64,000 bases of DNA from an uncultured SAR116 cluster alpha proteobacterium (GCA_902583715.1 CACHXC010000001.1:147049-211048); one strand, 5' to 3'; positions 10,216 through 21,241 are shown, numbered from the stretch's first letter. Numbers and translations are program-made. Notes: generated by a model from the sequence alone, not told the origin.

Positions 10216-11091
10216 ATGAAGATTGGTATTATTGGTTTTGGCAAAATGGGAAGCGCAATCGGTGCGCGCCTTGTTGCATGTAATCACGAATTGATCGCCT
10301 AGTCGCGAGATCAACGCAAAGTTGAGGCATCAAAAATCGCCGCTTATGTATCCACACCAAGGCAAGTCAGAGATCAGTCAGACGTAATTATTTCAATTTT
10401 GGCTAATGATGAGGCGACTGAGCGTGCTTATTTTGGCGCCGTTGGCATTTGCGAAGCGCGGCTGGATGGCAAAGTGATCATAGAAATGTGTACGATGCTT
10501 CCTGAAAGAGCGCGGCAATTGTACCACGCTGTTCACAGCGTCGGCGGCGCATTTTTAGAATGTCCAGTTGGTGGGACTGTAAAGCCAGCACTTGATGGCG
10601 CTTTGGTTGGCATGGCTGCTGGAGATCATACCACCTTTGACAGGGTTCGCCCATTGCTTAATCAAATGACACGCCGCCTTGACTTTCTTGGTGATGTGGG
10701 CAATGCGGCCGCCATGAAATTGGCAATTAATTTACCATTAATGGTGTATTGGGGCGCTTTAGGTGAAGCCGTTGCGTTGCTTGGCAGGAATAATATCGAT
10801 GTTGAACAAGCCTTTAACATTCTGACCAATAGTTCCGGTGCCATTGGTCCGGCAAAAGCCCGTCAGGGTCCAATTATTGACCTGATCAAAAATGGCCATT
10901 CTGGGGTCTCTAATTTTGCCATTGATCAGGCAATCAAGGATATGAATTTGATGAAATCTCAAGCGGGTCAATGTGGGTTTGAATGCCCAATCATCACCGC
11001 GGCCCTGGACACGGCGACGGGGGCTAAGGATGCCGGCTGGGATAAAAAAGATATTTCAATACTCACCGCATGGCGCACAAGAGACGATTAA
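10216..11091 (+). pseudogene. NAD(P)-dependent beta-hydroxyacid dehydrogenase (HIBADH/6PGD family) with in-frame TAG at 10300-10302
   Basis: MKIGIIGFGKMGSAIGARL...LIA*SRD continues in frame into the 10399 ORF (FLECPVGG, MKLAINL); the stop sits at the Trp of the usual WNR motif. Confidence 0.85.
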
Positions 11092-11210
11092 AAGATCGCT
11101 AAAATCGTTGACGGTATTGTGGAAGTGGCTGTCTTATAGGGCTTGTTTTCACTAATTGCTGTGTAAATAGCAAGAGAAGACAAACATAATTGTGGTAACG
11201 GCCGCACCAA

Positions 11211-12296
11211 TCAGACAAGTCGTCCGCGCGCGGCAACCGGCAAGATTTCGACAATGGCGTTGTCACTGACAGCGACAAGTTGGTCAAACATATTCGCCAC
11301 AACACATACGTGATTGGGTATAACCCGCACGACGTCGCCAACTGACGGCTTGGTGTTACAATTTGAAACATCCAGAAATCCGTGTTCTTCGGCCATTTTA
11401 GGAATGCGTGCCTTTGGATGTTCTAAGATCAGCCCAAACCCATCTAACCCACCTGTATCAGGTGTAAATGTTTTTGACCCAGCATCAAGAATACCGCGCG
11501 AGTCCTCGGCCCGGCTGACCACGCTGGTATAGATCGTGAGGGCGCAGTCCGTAATATCAGCGACGCCGGCCGCCATCATCATACGGTCATTAAAAATAGA
11601 GGTGCCAGAACGATGTTCTGTAGCCCCGTTTAGCTGGCCAATATTTTTAAGATTTGGCGTCCCCCCAGTTGAAACGATGTCGGCAACAATGCCCAAGCTA
11701 GCCAAGCCGCCCTCGGTTGCATCTAAAAACCCTTGTGTTGCTGGCCAGCCACTTATTGGGGGATAAAACATTAATCCGCCAAATTCTAACCAAGGGTTGT
11801 CTTGAATAATTTTTGCCAGAGCCACGGCCTCATTTGGTGTCACAACGCCTGCACGTTTTTGTCCGGTGTCGCATTCAATGACAACACGCACGGGCCGTTT
11901 TGCGGCGCGCCCGGCGTCTGCGTAGAGGCCCAGAGAGACTGGGTTATCTGCACAAATTTTTAGCGGCATGCGGCGTTGTAATGCGGCCAGTCTTCCAGAT
12001 CTCGCGGCGCCGATGATGTTGGTGGCAATCAAGATATCTTTTATGCCAGCCTCTGCCATAATTTCGGCTTCGCCAAGTTTTTGGCAGGTGATGCCGATGG
12101 CACCAGCTTTCAATTGCCTAAGCGCCAGCACCGGCGATTTATGTGTTTTGATATGTGGCCTATTGGCAAGGCGGGCGTGATCACACCGTGCCTGAAGATG
12201 CGCGATATTTTTGTCAACAATATCTAAATCGATAACAGCGCACGGGGTGCCAAACTGTTCGATGATATCCTGCTTTAGTTGTGCATTATTTGTCAT
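11211..12296 (-). CDS. D-threonine aldolase / DSD1-family PLP enzyme
   Basis: RPHIKTHK, TCQKLGEAE, LDAGSKT, EEHG, PNHVC. Confidence 0.85.
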   Translation of the reverse strand: MTNNAQLKQDIIEQFGTPCAVIDLDIVDKNIAHLQARCDHARLANRPHIKTHKSPVLALRQLKAGAIGITCQKLGEAEIMAEAGIKDILIATNIIGAARSGRLAALQRRMPLKICADNPVSLGLYADAGRAAKRPVRVVIECDTGQKRAGVVTPNEAVALAKIIQDNPWLEFGGLMFYPPISGWPATQGFLDATEGGLASLGIVADIVSTGGTPNLKNIGQLNGATEHRSGTSIFNDRMMMAAGVADITDCALTIYTSVVSRAEDSRGILDAGSKTFTPDTGGLDGFGLILEHPKARIPKMAEEHGFLDVSNCNTKPSVGDVVRVIPNHVCVVANMFDQLVAVSDNAIVEILPVAARGRLV

Positions 12297-12546
12297 TACT
12301 GTCTTGATACGGAATGGATCTTTTGTTTCTATAGCGATTTGTTTGGGCAAAAACCGTTGTTTTGATCATATATCAGCCTAGCATACACGCTTATTTTTTG
12401 GCGTTTTTTCTTTTTACTGCGCACAGACAGCGACCGGGCGAATTAATTTTAGAATCAGCCTATATTGTCCAGATTTATTTCCATTCGCCAAACTCTCTGC
12501 TAGCATAGCGTCTCGGCACCATTAAATCTTAACATAGTGAATGTAG

Positions 12547-13296
12547 ATGTTAGTTGTAATTTCTCCGGCAAAAAAACTTGATATGACCCAGAATGATGCT
12601 GTTGAGGCATCACTTCCATCTTTTAACAGCAAGACTGAAGAGCTCGTTACGGTGATGCAGGCGCTAAGTTCCGACGACATCGCCCACTTAATGGGCATAA
12701 GCGCAAATTTGGCTGATCTGAATAAGGAACGGTTTGCGCGTTTCGGAACGCAGGAGAAAAAGCCAGCTATGTATGCGTTTGCCGGCGACACCTATCAAGG
12801 TCTAGATGCGAAAACGCTTACAGATGATGATTTGGTCTGGGCGCAAGACCATTTGCGCATTTTGTCTGGCTTATACGGGCTGTTGCGGCCACTAGATGAA
12901 ATTGAGCCCTACAGATTAGAGATGGGAAGCCGCTTGGCGACTGATCGCGGTAAGAATTTATATGATTTTTGGGATGGAGATCTAACTCGTGAGCTTAATA
13001 GAACCGCCAAGAAAACAGACATGTCATTGTTATTAAATTGTGCGTCAAAAGAATATTTTTCTGCGATAGACGTAAAATCTCTAGAGTTAGAGGTGGTGAC
13101 GCCAGTATTTCTCGAAAATGCAGCCAGCAAGCCTAAGATCGTGAGTTTCTATGCGAAAAAAGCGCGCGGTGCGATGGCGCGTTTTGTGATGCAAAATAAA
13201 ATTACAACAACACAGGAACTGATGGCATTTGATGCTGGCGGTTATGCCTATCAGCCCGATTTATCGGATGAACAGACATTGTATTTTGCTCGCTAG
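12547..13296 (+). CDS. yaaA: Peroxide stress protein YaaA (UPF0246)
   Basis: ISPAKKLD, ILSGLYGLLRPLD, PYRLEMG, NCASKEY, AKKARGAMARF. Confidence 0.92.
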   Translation: MLVVISPAKKLDMTQNDAVEASLPSFNSKTEELVTVMQALSSDDIAHLMGISANLADLNKERFARFGTQEKKPAMYAFAGDTYQGLDAKTLTDDDLVWAQDHLRILSGLYGLLRPLDEIEPYRLEMGSRLATDRGKNLYDFWDGDLTRELNRTAKKTDMSLLLNCASKEYFSAIDVKSLELEVVTPVFLENAASKPKIVSFYAKKARGAMARFVMQNKITTTQELMAFDAGGYAYQPDLSDEQTLYFAR

Positions 13297-13406
13297 GTAC
13301 CATAGCGGTGAAGGGGTGGGGAGTCGGAACTGTTACGCAAATTATTAATTGCATGATGGTGATATGGGTTAAAACGATGTTTCCCCGCATTTTCCCGACC
13401 AAACGT

Positions 13407-13559
13407 TTAATTTATATTTTTTAGCGCTCCGTCTAGATCTGCAATTATGTCGTCAGCGTGTTCGATACCAATTGATAACCGCACAATGCTGTCGCCACCA
13501 CCTGCCGCTTCACGCTGGTCACTGGTCAATTGCTGGTGTGTTGTGGAAGCAAGATGAAC
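13407..13559 (-). pseudogene. 3' remnant of O-acetylhomoserine sulfhydrylase (MetY/MetZ-type)
   Basis: Manual translation VHLASTTHQQLTSDQREAAGGGDSIVRLSIGIEHADDIIADLDGALKNIN*; only the C-terminal ~50 aa are present. Confidence 0.8.
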
Positions 13560-13751
13560 ACACCCCACATTAAAAACCGATATATCAGGCTGATTGCCGT
13601 CTTGTTGCTTGTGCTTTTTTAAAAGTCATTCAATCTAAACTAGAGGTCTTTTTATGACATAGAAAACATTGGTTGGCGCACACAGCAAATCAATTGCCCC
13701 ACATTTTATTTATGTGATTGAGTTAGGGAAAAGAAATCTGCAAAATACTGA

Positions 13752-14330
13752 TTGATGGATTATAGTGAAAAGATCGGGTCTTGGGCTGAGTCAGTTGACA
13801 GGTCACTCGCAGCCTCGCTGCTGTTGGGTCGCGATAGCGCTCGAACAATCGCCAAAGCACACCTCTCAGAGCTATACAGCTTGGTTAAGGGTGATCGAAG
13901 TGTTGCTTTAGCCGAAATATCGAAAGTGAACAGTTTTGGCTCGCGCCGTTTGTTAATGGAGAGCTTCAGACAAACCTTTTCTCTAATTTATGAGCATCCA
14001 AAATATCATATCCTACTGGAAGATAATGATTTCAATGACAAAAAAGTTGCACAGCAATACGACCAAGCTCTGCTCAAATTGCTACGTGAATGTAGTAATA
14101 ATAGAAATTTACTTACCGCAAAACTCTCCCAATACCCAGTAAAAAAGCGTAAAATTGCACTAAAAAGGTTGGAGCATCCCGATTTTCAAAAGTCGCGTAG
14201 GATAAAACTCAATCAAAATCTATTCTATGAATTATCGGATAATGAACTTGAACGTGGCCCATTAAGTTGGTGGCAGTGGATAGCTGTTTTTCTTTTGATT
14301 AGTTTATTTGTATTTATTTTTACAAAATAG
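13752..14330 (+). CDS. Hypothetical protein with C-terminal TM anchor
   Basis: 192-aa ORF ending WWQWIAVFLLISLFVFIFTK. Confidence 0.6.
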   Translation: MMDYSEKIGSWAESVDRSLAASLLLGRDSARTIAKAHLSELYSLVKGDRSVALAEISKVNSFGSRRLLMESFRQTFSLIYEHPKYHILLEDNDFNDKKVAQQYDQALLKLLRECSNNRNLLTAKLSQYPVKKRKIALKRLEHPDFQKSRRIKLNQNLFYELSDNELERGPLSWWQWIAVFLLISLFVFIFTK

Positions 14331-14418
14331 ATATTTAAAGTGAAAGTATATCGATCCTAACAATCATCTGTTGCTAGATCCATGACGACGCTGGTTACCG
14401 ATAGTTGCGATATACTGT

Positions 14419-15501
14419 CTAATACTGTAATTTAATATAACCACTGCTATCAAAAATGTTCTTAATTTTCTGGAAGGTTATAGGGGAGGTATCTTCGTCG
14501 AAAGTCTGTGACCAACCCTCATTCTGGATTGCTTGCGTCAAAATCTGGTTAAAGTTGCATTCCCTCACTCGCGATCCGTTTACCATTCGGTACCAATGCC
14601 CAACCTCGTCCAATTGACACATAAACTTCTGACCGTTGTGAATTTTGTTAACTTTAAGCACTGATGTTGGCACTCCCAGTTGTTCGAGAGAATAGCGTGC
14701 CAATTTGTGATCGAGGTCAGTAATAAAATAGGCAGTGCCGTTTGACAATATAACAAGGATTTTATCATCTTCAGTTAGGCCACGTCGGCTCTCGGGGAGA
14801 ACGAAGAATAATTCAATTTGTTCGTCGGAAAATTTGGCTGCCCCACCCTTTTTTGCATATGAAAGAAGAGCTAACTCACCACCCAAAAAATGGCTACTGC
14901 TCTCACTCAAGTTTAAACTAGCAAGAAAATCTTCAGTAAAAGTTGAAATTATTAGCGTTGGATCAAAAGCCAAATCGGATTTTAAAACTTCGATTATATC
15001 ATCAATGTTTTTGGGTTTAAGTTTGACCCTGTGTTCAACAAAACTTGTCAACTCCTTATGTTCAAGCCTATTTGCGGCATCAAACATTTCAAGATAAGTT
15101 GAGTAGTTGACAACGCTGTTGCCAATCAAGTTCCCAAAAAATAATTTCAGTTCATTGCACTCTGGATCGATAACAATTATTCTGCTCTCAAAGTTCTTAA
15201 ATGCTTCGGGCGAGTTTGCGGTTAATGAGGCGTAGCGATCAATTGATAGCCTAACTATTGGAGCATTCTCGTATTGTTTGCGATAGTGGTTAACTTCCGC
15301 ATTGGCCAAAGCCACGCCCTGAAGATAAGGGACGCCATTTTCATCCACGCTAGGCACGTATGGTTCTACCGGGTGTGCAGTTAAGTCAAAGAACTCTATA
15401 TCACCAGACACTTCACATTTATCAGGGACAGTCAGAGCAAAGCTTTGAGTGCCTGCCATCGCTGTGGCTAACAAAAAAATACTTATTAAAATTTTTGGCA
15501 A
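14419..15501 (-). CDS. Hypothetical secreted protein
   Basis: 360-aa ORF with N-terminal signal peptide (ILISIFLLATAMAGTQSFA). Confidence 0.65.
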   Translation of the reverse strand: MPKILISIFLLATAMAGTQSFALTVPDKCEVSGDIEFFDLTAHPVEPYVPSVDENGVPYLQGVALANAEVNHYRKQYENAPIVRLSIDRYASLTANSPEAFKNFESRIIVIDPECNELKLFFGNLIGNSVVNYSTYLEMFDAANRLEHKELTSFVEHRVKLKPKNIDDIIEVLKSDLAFDPTLIISTFTEDFLASLNLSESSSHFLGGELALLSYAKKGGAAKFSDEQIELFFVLPESRRGLTEDDKILVILSNGTAYFITDLDHKLARYSLEQLGVPTSVLKVNKIHNGQKFMCQLDEVGHWYRMVNGSRVRECNFNQILTQAIQNEGWSQTFDEDTSPITFQKIKNIFDSSGYIKLQY

Positions 15502-15786
15502 TTTTTTTTCTTCACTTTATGGCGTTTAAATCTCAAGTCACGTGTAAATCTCGCATGACTTCTAAGCTAGAGTATTTCTGAAAAAGTTATCAAGTGATTA
15601 TATCAAGAAAATACAAACACGCTATATGTTGTCTATTAAATGCCTTCAAAGGTCAAAAAATAGCTGCTTTTGGTATAAGTATTTATTATGCGCACCAATT
15701 TTTTGATAACATGCCGATTATCAAAAACTCTCCAGTTTCAGAAAATAATTGACGTTCCGGTGTGTTTAAAACAAACGCCGGTTAAT

Positions 15787-16413
15787 TTATAGAGCGATTA
15801 TGCCTAAGTTATCTAATCCATTTAGGATGGTTTGTATTGCGATGGCCGCTAAAAGAATGCCAACTACTCGCGACATAACGGTTGAAATAGTTAAATTTAT
15901 AAATTTTGACCCCCAAGCTGCGGTGTAGAGTATTAATGCAGATAGGAGCACTGCAAAAAATATCGAACCAACATTCAAAAACAATGCATCAACATTATAG
16001 AAATCACTAAAAATCATTACTGAAGTAATTGCAGCAGGGCCAGCTAACAATGGCACTGCTAATGGACTGGACGACAATCGAATTAACTCCTCCTTGGGCA
16101 CACTCTCGGCTGCGACTTTGCTCTTTCGTGCTTGCCGTCGACCATTTACCATTTCCAGCGAAATAATGAACAAAATTGCACCGCCTGCAATGTTAAATGT
16201 ATCAGCAGATATTTTTAGGTGTGTGAGAATAAAAGAACCAAAGAGACCAAAAAATATTAGCACACAAAAGGCAACGAATGAGCCTCTCAGCGCTATCCAT
16301 TGTCTTTGTTTGTGGTGAAGATTCTCGGTTATTGAGAGAAAAATTGGGATTGTGCCTATCGGATCAATCACAGCGAAATATATCAGCGCTAGGGATATGA
16401 ATTCAGCAATCAA
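15787..16413 (-). CDS. MarC family membrane protein
   Basis: VIDPIGTIPIF, IAGGAILF, PLAVPLLAGPAAI, RVVGILLAAIAIQ. Confidence 0.9.
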   Translation of the reverse strand: MIAEFISLALIYFAVIDPIGTIPIFLSITENLHHKQRQWIALRGSFVAFCVLIFFGLFGSFILTHLKISADTFNIAGGAILFIISLEMVNGRRQARKSKVAAESVPKEELIRLSSSPLAVPLLAGPAAITSVMIFSDFYNVDALFLNVGSIFFAVLLSALILYTAAWGSKFINLTISTVMSRVVGILLAAIAIQTILNGLDNLGIIAL

Positions 16414-16453
16414 ATTGTTTCACCGTCGGCATTTCTGTAAGTGATCAAATTAC

Positions 16454-18037
16454 TCATGATTTCTTTGTTAAGACACCGAGTGCCTCTCTACCTAGACCTT
16501 CTCCTGCCTCGAGATAAAGGTTGAATGACGGCACACCCATTTTATTTAATTCCTCAACCTCGGTTTCATGTTTAGCAATAGCAACCACCTTGCAGTCTAG
16601 GCCACTTGCCTGAATGCGTTCAGCTGCAAAGAGATTACTCATGTGATTAGGCATAGCCAATAAGATTAATTCTTCAACCGGTATAGATAAGTGTACTTGG
16701 TACCAAAAATCAGTGTCTGTAGCGTCTGCGACTTCAACATTCATTCCGTCTGAGCGTAATTTTTCTGCCCGGTCTTCATTAAATTCAATGCCTAAAATTT
16801 CGCCAGGCCTATAACTTTCTAACACTTTGTATGCGCCAGTTCCAACGCGTCCCATCCCAATAATCAAAATTTTTGCATCTCCCGTATCCAGGATTTGGTC
16901 TTTTTGATGTAGTCTGTCTTTCTGAAATCTATATAGCCGGCTCTTGCATTTTTGATATGTTTGTTCTGAAAATTTACTAAACGGAGCCGCGGCAGCAAAG
17001 CTTAAGCTTACTGCAATAGCAAAGACCAGCAACCAATCTACGGATAAAAAACCTTGCGAAACTCCAAGAGCGGCTACGATAAGGCCAAATTCTGAATAAT
17101 TGCCAAGACATATCGCGTTAAACAAACTTGTTCGCGCTCTGAGACCAAATCTTGTTGCTATAAAAAAGTACAAGAAAGTTTTGAGTGGCAGCAACGCAAC
17201 TAATGCAGTCGCGGTCGCAAAAATTGTTAAAGTTGGTAGTCCCTGCATGCCAACGGATAAAAAGAACCCAACCAGCATCAGTTCTTTAAAGCTAAATAAT
17301 GCCTTAGCTAAAGACTTTGATTTTGGATGATTTGAAATGAGGACGCCCAAAATCAGTGCGCCGAGGTCTCCTTTTAAATCTACCGAATAGAAAAATTCAT
17401 ATCCGGCGCCAAGAGCAAAAAACAGACCACTGACGACTAAGAGTTCTCCATGACCTGCATAGTCGATGAGTTTATAGATGAGCTTTCTTATTGGTGTGAA
17501 GAACAAAAGCAAGACTGTGAGTGCCCAAAGGCTTGGATATTTTCCCTCACTCACAGCTAGAAAAATTACTGCGAAAATGTCTTGCATAACCAATATGCCA
17601 ATTGCAACTTTTCCGTAAAGTGCGCTCGTATCTCCTTTATCTTCCAGCACTTTGACTGCGTATACTGTGCTTGAAAAAGAGAGGCCAAATGCAATCACAA
17701 CAATCGCAAATAGCGAAAGATCAAGTATCGCTGTGTCAAAAAGTTGTTGGCCTACGAGTATTGTGCCTGTGAAAAATGCTGACGAACAAATGAGATGGAT
17801 AACAGAGGTTCCCCAAACCTCCGCAGTAGCTAAATCTTCAATTTTTAATTTTAGGCCAATAGAAAAAAGTAGAAGCGTGACACCAAGGTCAGCGACAGCT
17901 TGCAAACTGTCGGGAGCTTGAAACCCCATAAAATTATATGCAAAACCCGCTACCAAGAACCCTACCATTGGGGGTAGCCCGACCCTGCTAAGAGCAATTC
18001 CAAAGAAAAAAGCAAAACTTATGAGTGTCGCTGCCAT
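16454..18037 (-). CDS. CPA2 / Kef-type cation:proton antiporter with TrkA-N domain
   Basis: LPPMVGFL, LLLFSIGLKL, SFSSTV, GILVMQD, SEFGLIV; C-terminal IIGMGRVG. Confidence 0.88.
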   Translation of the reverse strand: MAATLISFAFFFGIALSRVGLPPMVGFLVAGFAYNFMGFQAPDSLQAVADLGVTLLLFSIGLKLKIEDLATAEVWGTSVIHLICSSAFFTGTILVGQQLFDTAILDLSLFAIVVIAFGLSFSSTVYAVKVLEDKGDTSALYGKVAIGILVMQDIFAVIFLAVSEGKYPSLWALTVLLLFFTPIRKLIYKLIDYAGHGELLVVSGLFFALGAGYEFFYSVDLKGDLGALILGVLISNHPKSKSLAKALFSFKELMLVGFFLSVGMQGLPTLTIFATATALVALLPLKTFLYFFIATRFGLRARTSLFNAICLGNYSEFGLIVAALGVSQGFLSVDWLLVFAIAVSLSFAAAAPFSKFSEQTYQKCKSRLYRFQKDRLHQKDQILDTGDAKILIIGMGRVGTGAYKVLESYRPGEILGIEFNEDRAEKLRSDGMNVEVADATDTDFWYQVHLSIPVEELILLAMPNHMSNLFAAERIQASGLDCKVVAIAKHETEVEELNKMGVPSFNLYLEAGEGLGREALGVLTKKS

Positions 18038-18295
18038 TGATTTACGCCTTCAGCAAGAGGGCTTGCGATGAGTCCCAAATATTTAGCATCAACAGAGCTT
18101 TGTTTTTGTGTTACCGCATTGCCTGTATTTTCTTTGACCTCAATTTTGATGAACTATCTCAAACTTGCCAACCCAATTCGCAATTAAAAATATAATTAGC
18201 TTGGTGGCGTTTAGTCGTCTTAAAAGTATAAATCGCGTACAATGTTGGTGCGTTGCAGAAAAATTTTATACAACAATAGATGTCTTGTTGGGAAA

Positions 18296-19180
18296 GTGAC
18301 CGAAATCAAACGTCAATCACTCAGAAGAGAAAACATTACTGGTAGCTGTCTGATGATTTTATCGATGGCGGCATTTGCTGGCGAGGACAGCGTAATTAAA
18401 GCACTGTCAAACGAATTGCCAGTTAGCCAAATAATATTTGTGATTGGCATCGGTGGTGCGCTTGTTTTTGCGACAATAGGATTGCTTTTAAAGAAAGAAA
18501 TTTTGGTTCCAGAGATAAACAGTTTGCCAATGCATGCTCGTATTGTTACCGAAATTTTTGGCCGAATATTTTATTCTCTTGCTCTCTCTCTAACCTCGTT
18601 ATCTTCAACCACGATGATTTTGCAAGCGACGCCTTTGGTTGTTGTGTTGGGCGCCTCTATTCTTTTTAACGAAAAGGTTGGTCTGTTAAGGTGGTTAGCC
18701 ATCGGCCTCGGCTTTATCGGCGTCTTGATGATTATAAGCCCAGACGAAACGGAATTTAGCCCTCTGTCACTTTTGGCAGTATTTGGTATGTTCGGGTTTG
18801 CCTTTAGGGATTTGGCTAGCCGGGCGGCGTCGCCAAAACTTAATATTTTTACACTTGGTTGTCATGGATTTTTGTCTCTTGCTGCTGCAGGGCTTATTCT
18901 CAGCCCCATCTTAGGGCAATCATTTTTAACAATCAGTGGCGACACATGGTTGTTCTTAGCAGCCGGGGTTTCGCTAGGTGTTTTAGGTTATGGATCGTTG
19001 ATTTCAGCTATGCGAATTGGTGAGGTTTCAGCCATAACGCCATTCAGGTACACAAGATTGATGTTTGGATTATCAATCGGATATTTCATATTTAGTGAGC
19101 ATGTGAGCATTAATGCCGCTATCGGCTGCGTTCTGATAGTGCTATCCAGCTTCACCGTCTTACATCGTGGTAGAAAATGA
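18296..19180 (+). CDS. DMT/EamA family transporter
   Basis: About 10 TM segments, EKVGLLRW, PFRYTRL; start approximate. Confidence 0.85.
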   Translation: MTEIKRQSLRRENITGSCLMILSMAAFAGEDSVIKALSNELPVSQIIFVIGIGGALVFATIGLLLKKEILVPEINSLPMHARIVTEIFGRIFYSLALSLTSLSSTTMILQATPLVVVLGASILFNEKVGLLRWLAIGLGFIGVLMIISPDETEFSPLSLLAVFGMFGFAFRDLASRAASPKLNIFTLGCHGFLSLAAAGLILSPILGQSFLTISGDTWLFLAAGVSLGVLGYGSLISAMRIGEVSAITPFRYTRLMFGLSIGYFIFSEHVSINAAIGCVLIVLSSFTVLHRGRK

Positions 19181-19251
19181 TCGGCAGCGTTGAGCTTCTG
19201 ATTTTTTAATTTGGTTGGGTCAATTGCTGATTATACGGCAGCCATACACGC

Positions 19252-19716
19252 CTATATTTTATTCCCTTTTTGAAGTTCGATTAAGTGGGCCTTTGCCCTC
19301 TCGAGTAATTCTTCGAATGTCACAATGACGCATTCCTGCTTTCGTGGTGATATAGACAAATTTGTCAGAGTAAGCGTTTTTCGATTTAAACTAAAATTTT
19401 TCCATTCGATAAATTCTGGAAGAACTGTCGCCGCATCGTGAGCAGTCAGCGTTGGCTGATCATCCCTGTAGTCAAGTGTGGCAACAACTTTCCTGTCCCT
19501 GCTAATCTTAAAGAATGATCTATAAACTTTTCGGTTTGTGTTTCCTTCCTTTTCACATGCAAGGCCAACCCCACCTTTTAATCGGCTAGTCAAACTTTGT
19601 GCTTCACCTATTGGGGTCCAGACCAAAATCGGAATCAAAATGGCGAGTTTACATGCCATGCATGATAGACTGAAGTTTTTAAGTATTGATTTAAATCTAG
19701 TAATAAAAACAATCAT
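19252..19716 (-). CDS. Hypothetical exported protein
   Basis: Hydrophobic leader, LNRKTLTL and C-terminal GNKI typical of small marine exported proteins; start uncertain. Confidence 0.55.
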   Translation of the reverse strand: MIVFITRFKSILKNFSLSCMACKLAILIPILVWTPIGEAQSLTSRLKGGVGLACEKEGNTNRKVYRSFFKISRDRKVVATLDYRDDQPTLTAHDAATVLPEFIEWKNFSLNRKTLTLTNLSISPRKQECVIVTFEELLERAKAHLIELQKGNKI

Positions 19717-19724
19717 GTAGGGCT

Positions 19725-20141
19725 CTAAGTAAAATAAATTTGTGAAATGATTAGGTACAGGCTAGCAAAAAATTGACTGCCAAATATGGCTACTGAAAAT
19801 AAATGCAACCGTGCAAATATCTTTTCTGCGCCAACTACACCTGCGCTAGATTTGTCGCGAAACTGATTAATTTTTGGAGTCAGAATTTGCGCGTTAAACA
19901 AAAAACCAACCGCAATCACTGCTGAAATGACAGTGATTTGTATCTCACTGTCAAACAGTGAAGAAATACTGGCAATGATCGATGTTGTAAAACCAAACAT
20001 AAACAAACGTGGAAATAAAACGCGTAAATAAGAAGCTGCAGCTTTTTGAGATAAAGCTTTGAAAACAGCAGGCGCAACTACAACAGTAAACATCAACATG
20101 AAACCAATATTTGCTGCATGCATGAATAAAGGTAAACTCAA
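19725..20141 (-). CDS. DUF4149-like membrane protein
   Basis: FTVVVAPAVFKAL, LRVLFP, LTPKINQFRD, FARLHLFSV. Confidence 0.75.
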   Translation of the reverse strand: MSLPLFMHAANIGFMLMFTVVVAPAVFKALSQKAAASYLRVLFPRLFMFGFTTSIIASISSLFDSEIQITVISAVIAVGFLFNAQILTPKINQFRDKSSAGVVGAEKIFARLHLFSVAIFGSQFFASLYLIISQIYFT

Positions 20142-20191
20142 AGAAGCCTCCAGGGTCTCATTTACTTTTGACCGTTTCTTAATACCTAAAC

Positions 20192-20398
20192 TTATGTATT
20201 CTGATTTTTCTGTTTAAAGACATAACGTAAGCACGCTCTGATACAAAATGCGGGTAGCAAGGCAAAGAACAAGGGGTAAGTCCATCGTCTCTCGTATCCA
20301 AGGTCTGCGTGATGAAGCCCAACAGTGTACAAAACCACGCATGCGGCAAGTGTCAAAGAAATGAGAGCTATTTCAAGAAATCTAAATGTCTTTTGCAT
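20192..20398 (-). CDS. Small two-TM membrane protein
   Basis: MQKTFRFLEIALISLTLAACVVLY... two hydrophobic helices. Confidence 0.5.
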   Translation of the reverse strand: MQKTFRFLEIALISLTLAACVVLYTVGLHHADLGYERRWTYPLFFALLPAFCIRACLRYVFKQKNQNT

Positions 20399-20402
20399 CA
20401 GT

Positions 20403-20612
20403 TCACCTTTCGCACTCAAATTTAATGTATGCGCTGAGAGTGGGTTTGTCATTAATCATGTGCTCTAGGCCTAACCAATATGAGGTGATGATACTGCTGT
20501 CATATTTGCCAGTTCTTGTTTGAACAAAGTGAACCAAATCTTCAGCATCGCTAAAACGGCGGCTTACAGCATCATTTAATAAATTCGATTGAAAGTTCTG
20601 ATCAAAATTCAT
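20403..20612 (-). CDS. Hypothetical small protein
   Basis: ATGA overlap with the upstream NrtS-like gene. Confidence 0.45.
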   Translation of the reverse strand: MNFDQNFQSNLLNDAVSRRFSDAEDLVHFVQTRTGKYDSSIITSYWLGLEHMINDKPTLSAYIKFECER

Positions 20613-20845
20613 GACAAAGACAGTGCTTCAAGTTTTGACTTCGTAGCAGTCCAGGAGGCAACAGAGTAAGGGACCAAGCATGTTAACCCCATTTTCATCC
20701 AACATTGAGGCGTCAATGACCAGCTTAATATCAGTTCGCCGTGATTAATAAGTGCTAGTATTGTTCCAACGACTATAGCAGTCTTGATTGACCTTTTCAG
20801 AATTTGACTGCTAAACCAAATATTGAGCACTTGTTTAAGTTGCAT
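20609..20845 (-). CDS. nrtS: NrtS-family small membrane protein (nitrate/nitrite transporter-like)
   Basis: TAIVVGTILALINHG and KMGLTCLVPYSVAS match the NrtS pattern. Confidence 0.7.
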   Translation of the reverse strand: MQLKQVLNIWFSSQILKRSIKTAIVVGTILALINHGELILSWSLTPQCWMKMGLTCLVPYSVASWTATKSKLEALSLS

Positions 20846-20876
20846 AGTAAATTATTCCTCTTTGAGAAGCACGGTT

Positions 20877-21173
20877 ATGTATACAAAGATTTTCATCAGG
20901 ACTTTTCCTTCTACTGAAGAATGTGAACTTTTTGAGTCAATATTGCAAACAAGATGGCCTGATTTGATAGGAAAGGCATCAGGAGTGAGATTTACGGCAT
21001 GGCGAAATCCACAAACGCCGCACATTTCCACTGTGATTTGGGAGTTTCCTGATGAACAAGCTCAACGCACCATCGAAAAATTAATCGAAGAGCACATTTC
21101 AAAATTCACAAAAACGTTGTCGCCTAAGACTATTACGTTTTCTGGTGCGCAAAAGATGGAATTAAAATCATAA
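20877..21173 (+). CDS. Small dimeric alpha/beta-barrel (ABM-like) protein
   Basis: MYTKIFIRTFPS...TVIWEFPDE pattern. Confidence 0.6.
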   Translation: MYTKIFIRTFPSTEECELFESILQTRWPDLIGKASGVRFTAWRNPQTPHISTVIWEFPDEQAQRTIEKLIEEHISKFTKTLSPKTITFSGAQKMELKS

Positions 21174-21241
21174 AAGTTAGGTCAGACTGCGCCAGTCAAA
21201 CACAAATTATTTTAGTGAGACCGCTTGCGCTGACCTCACAT

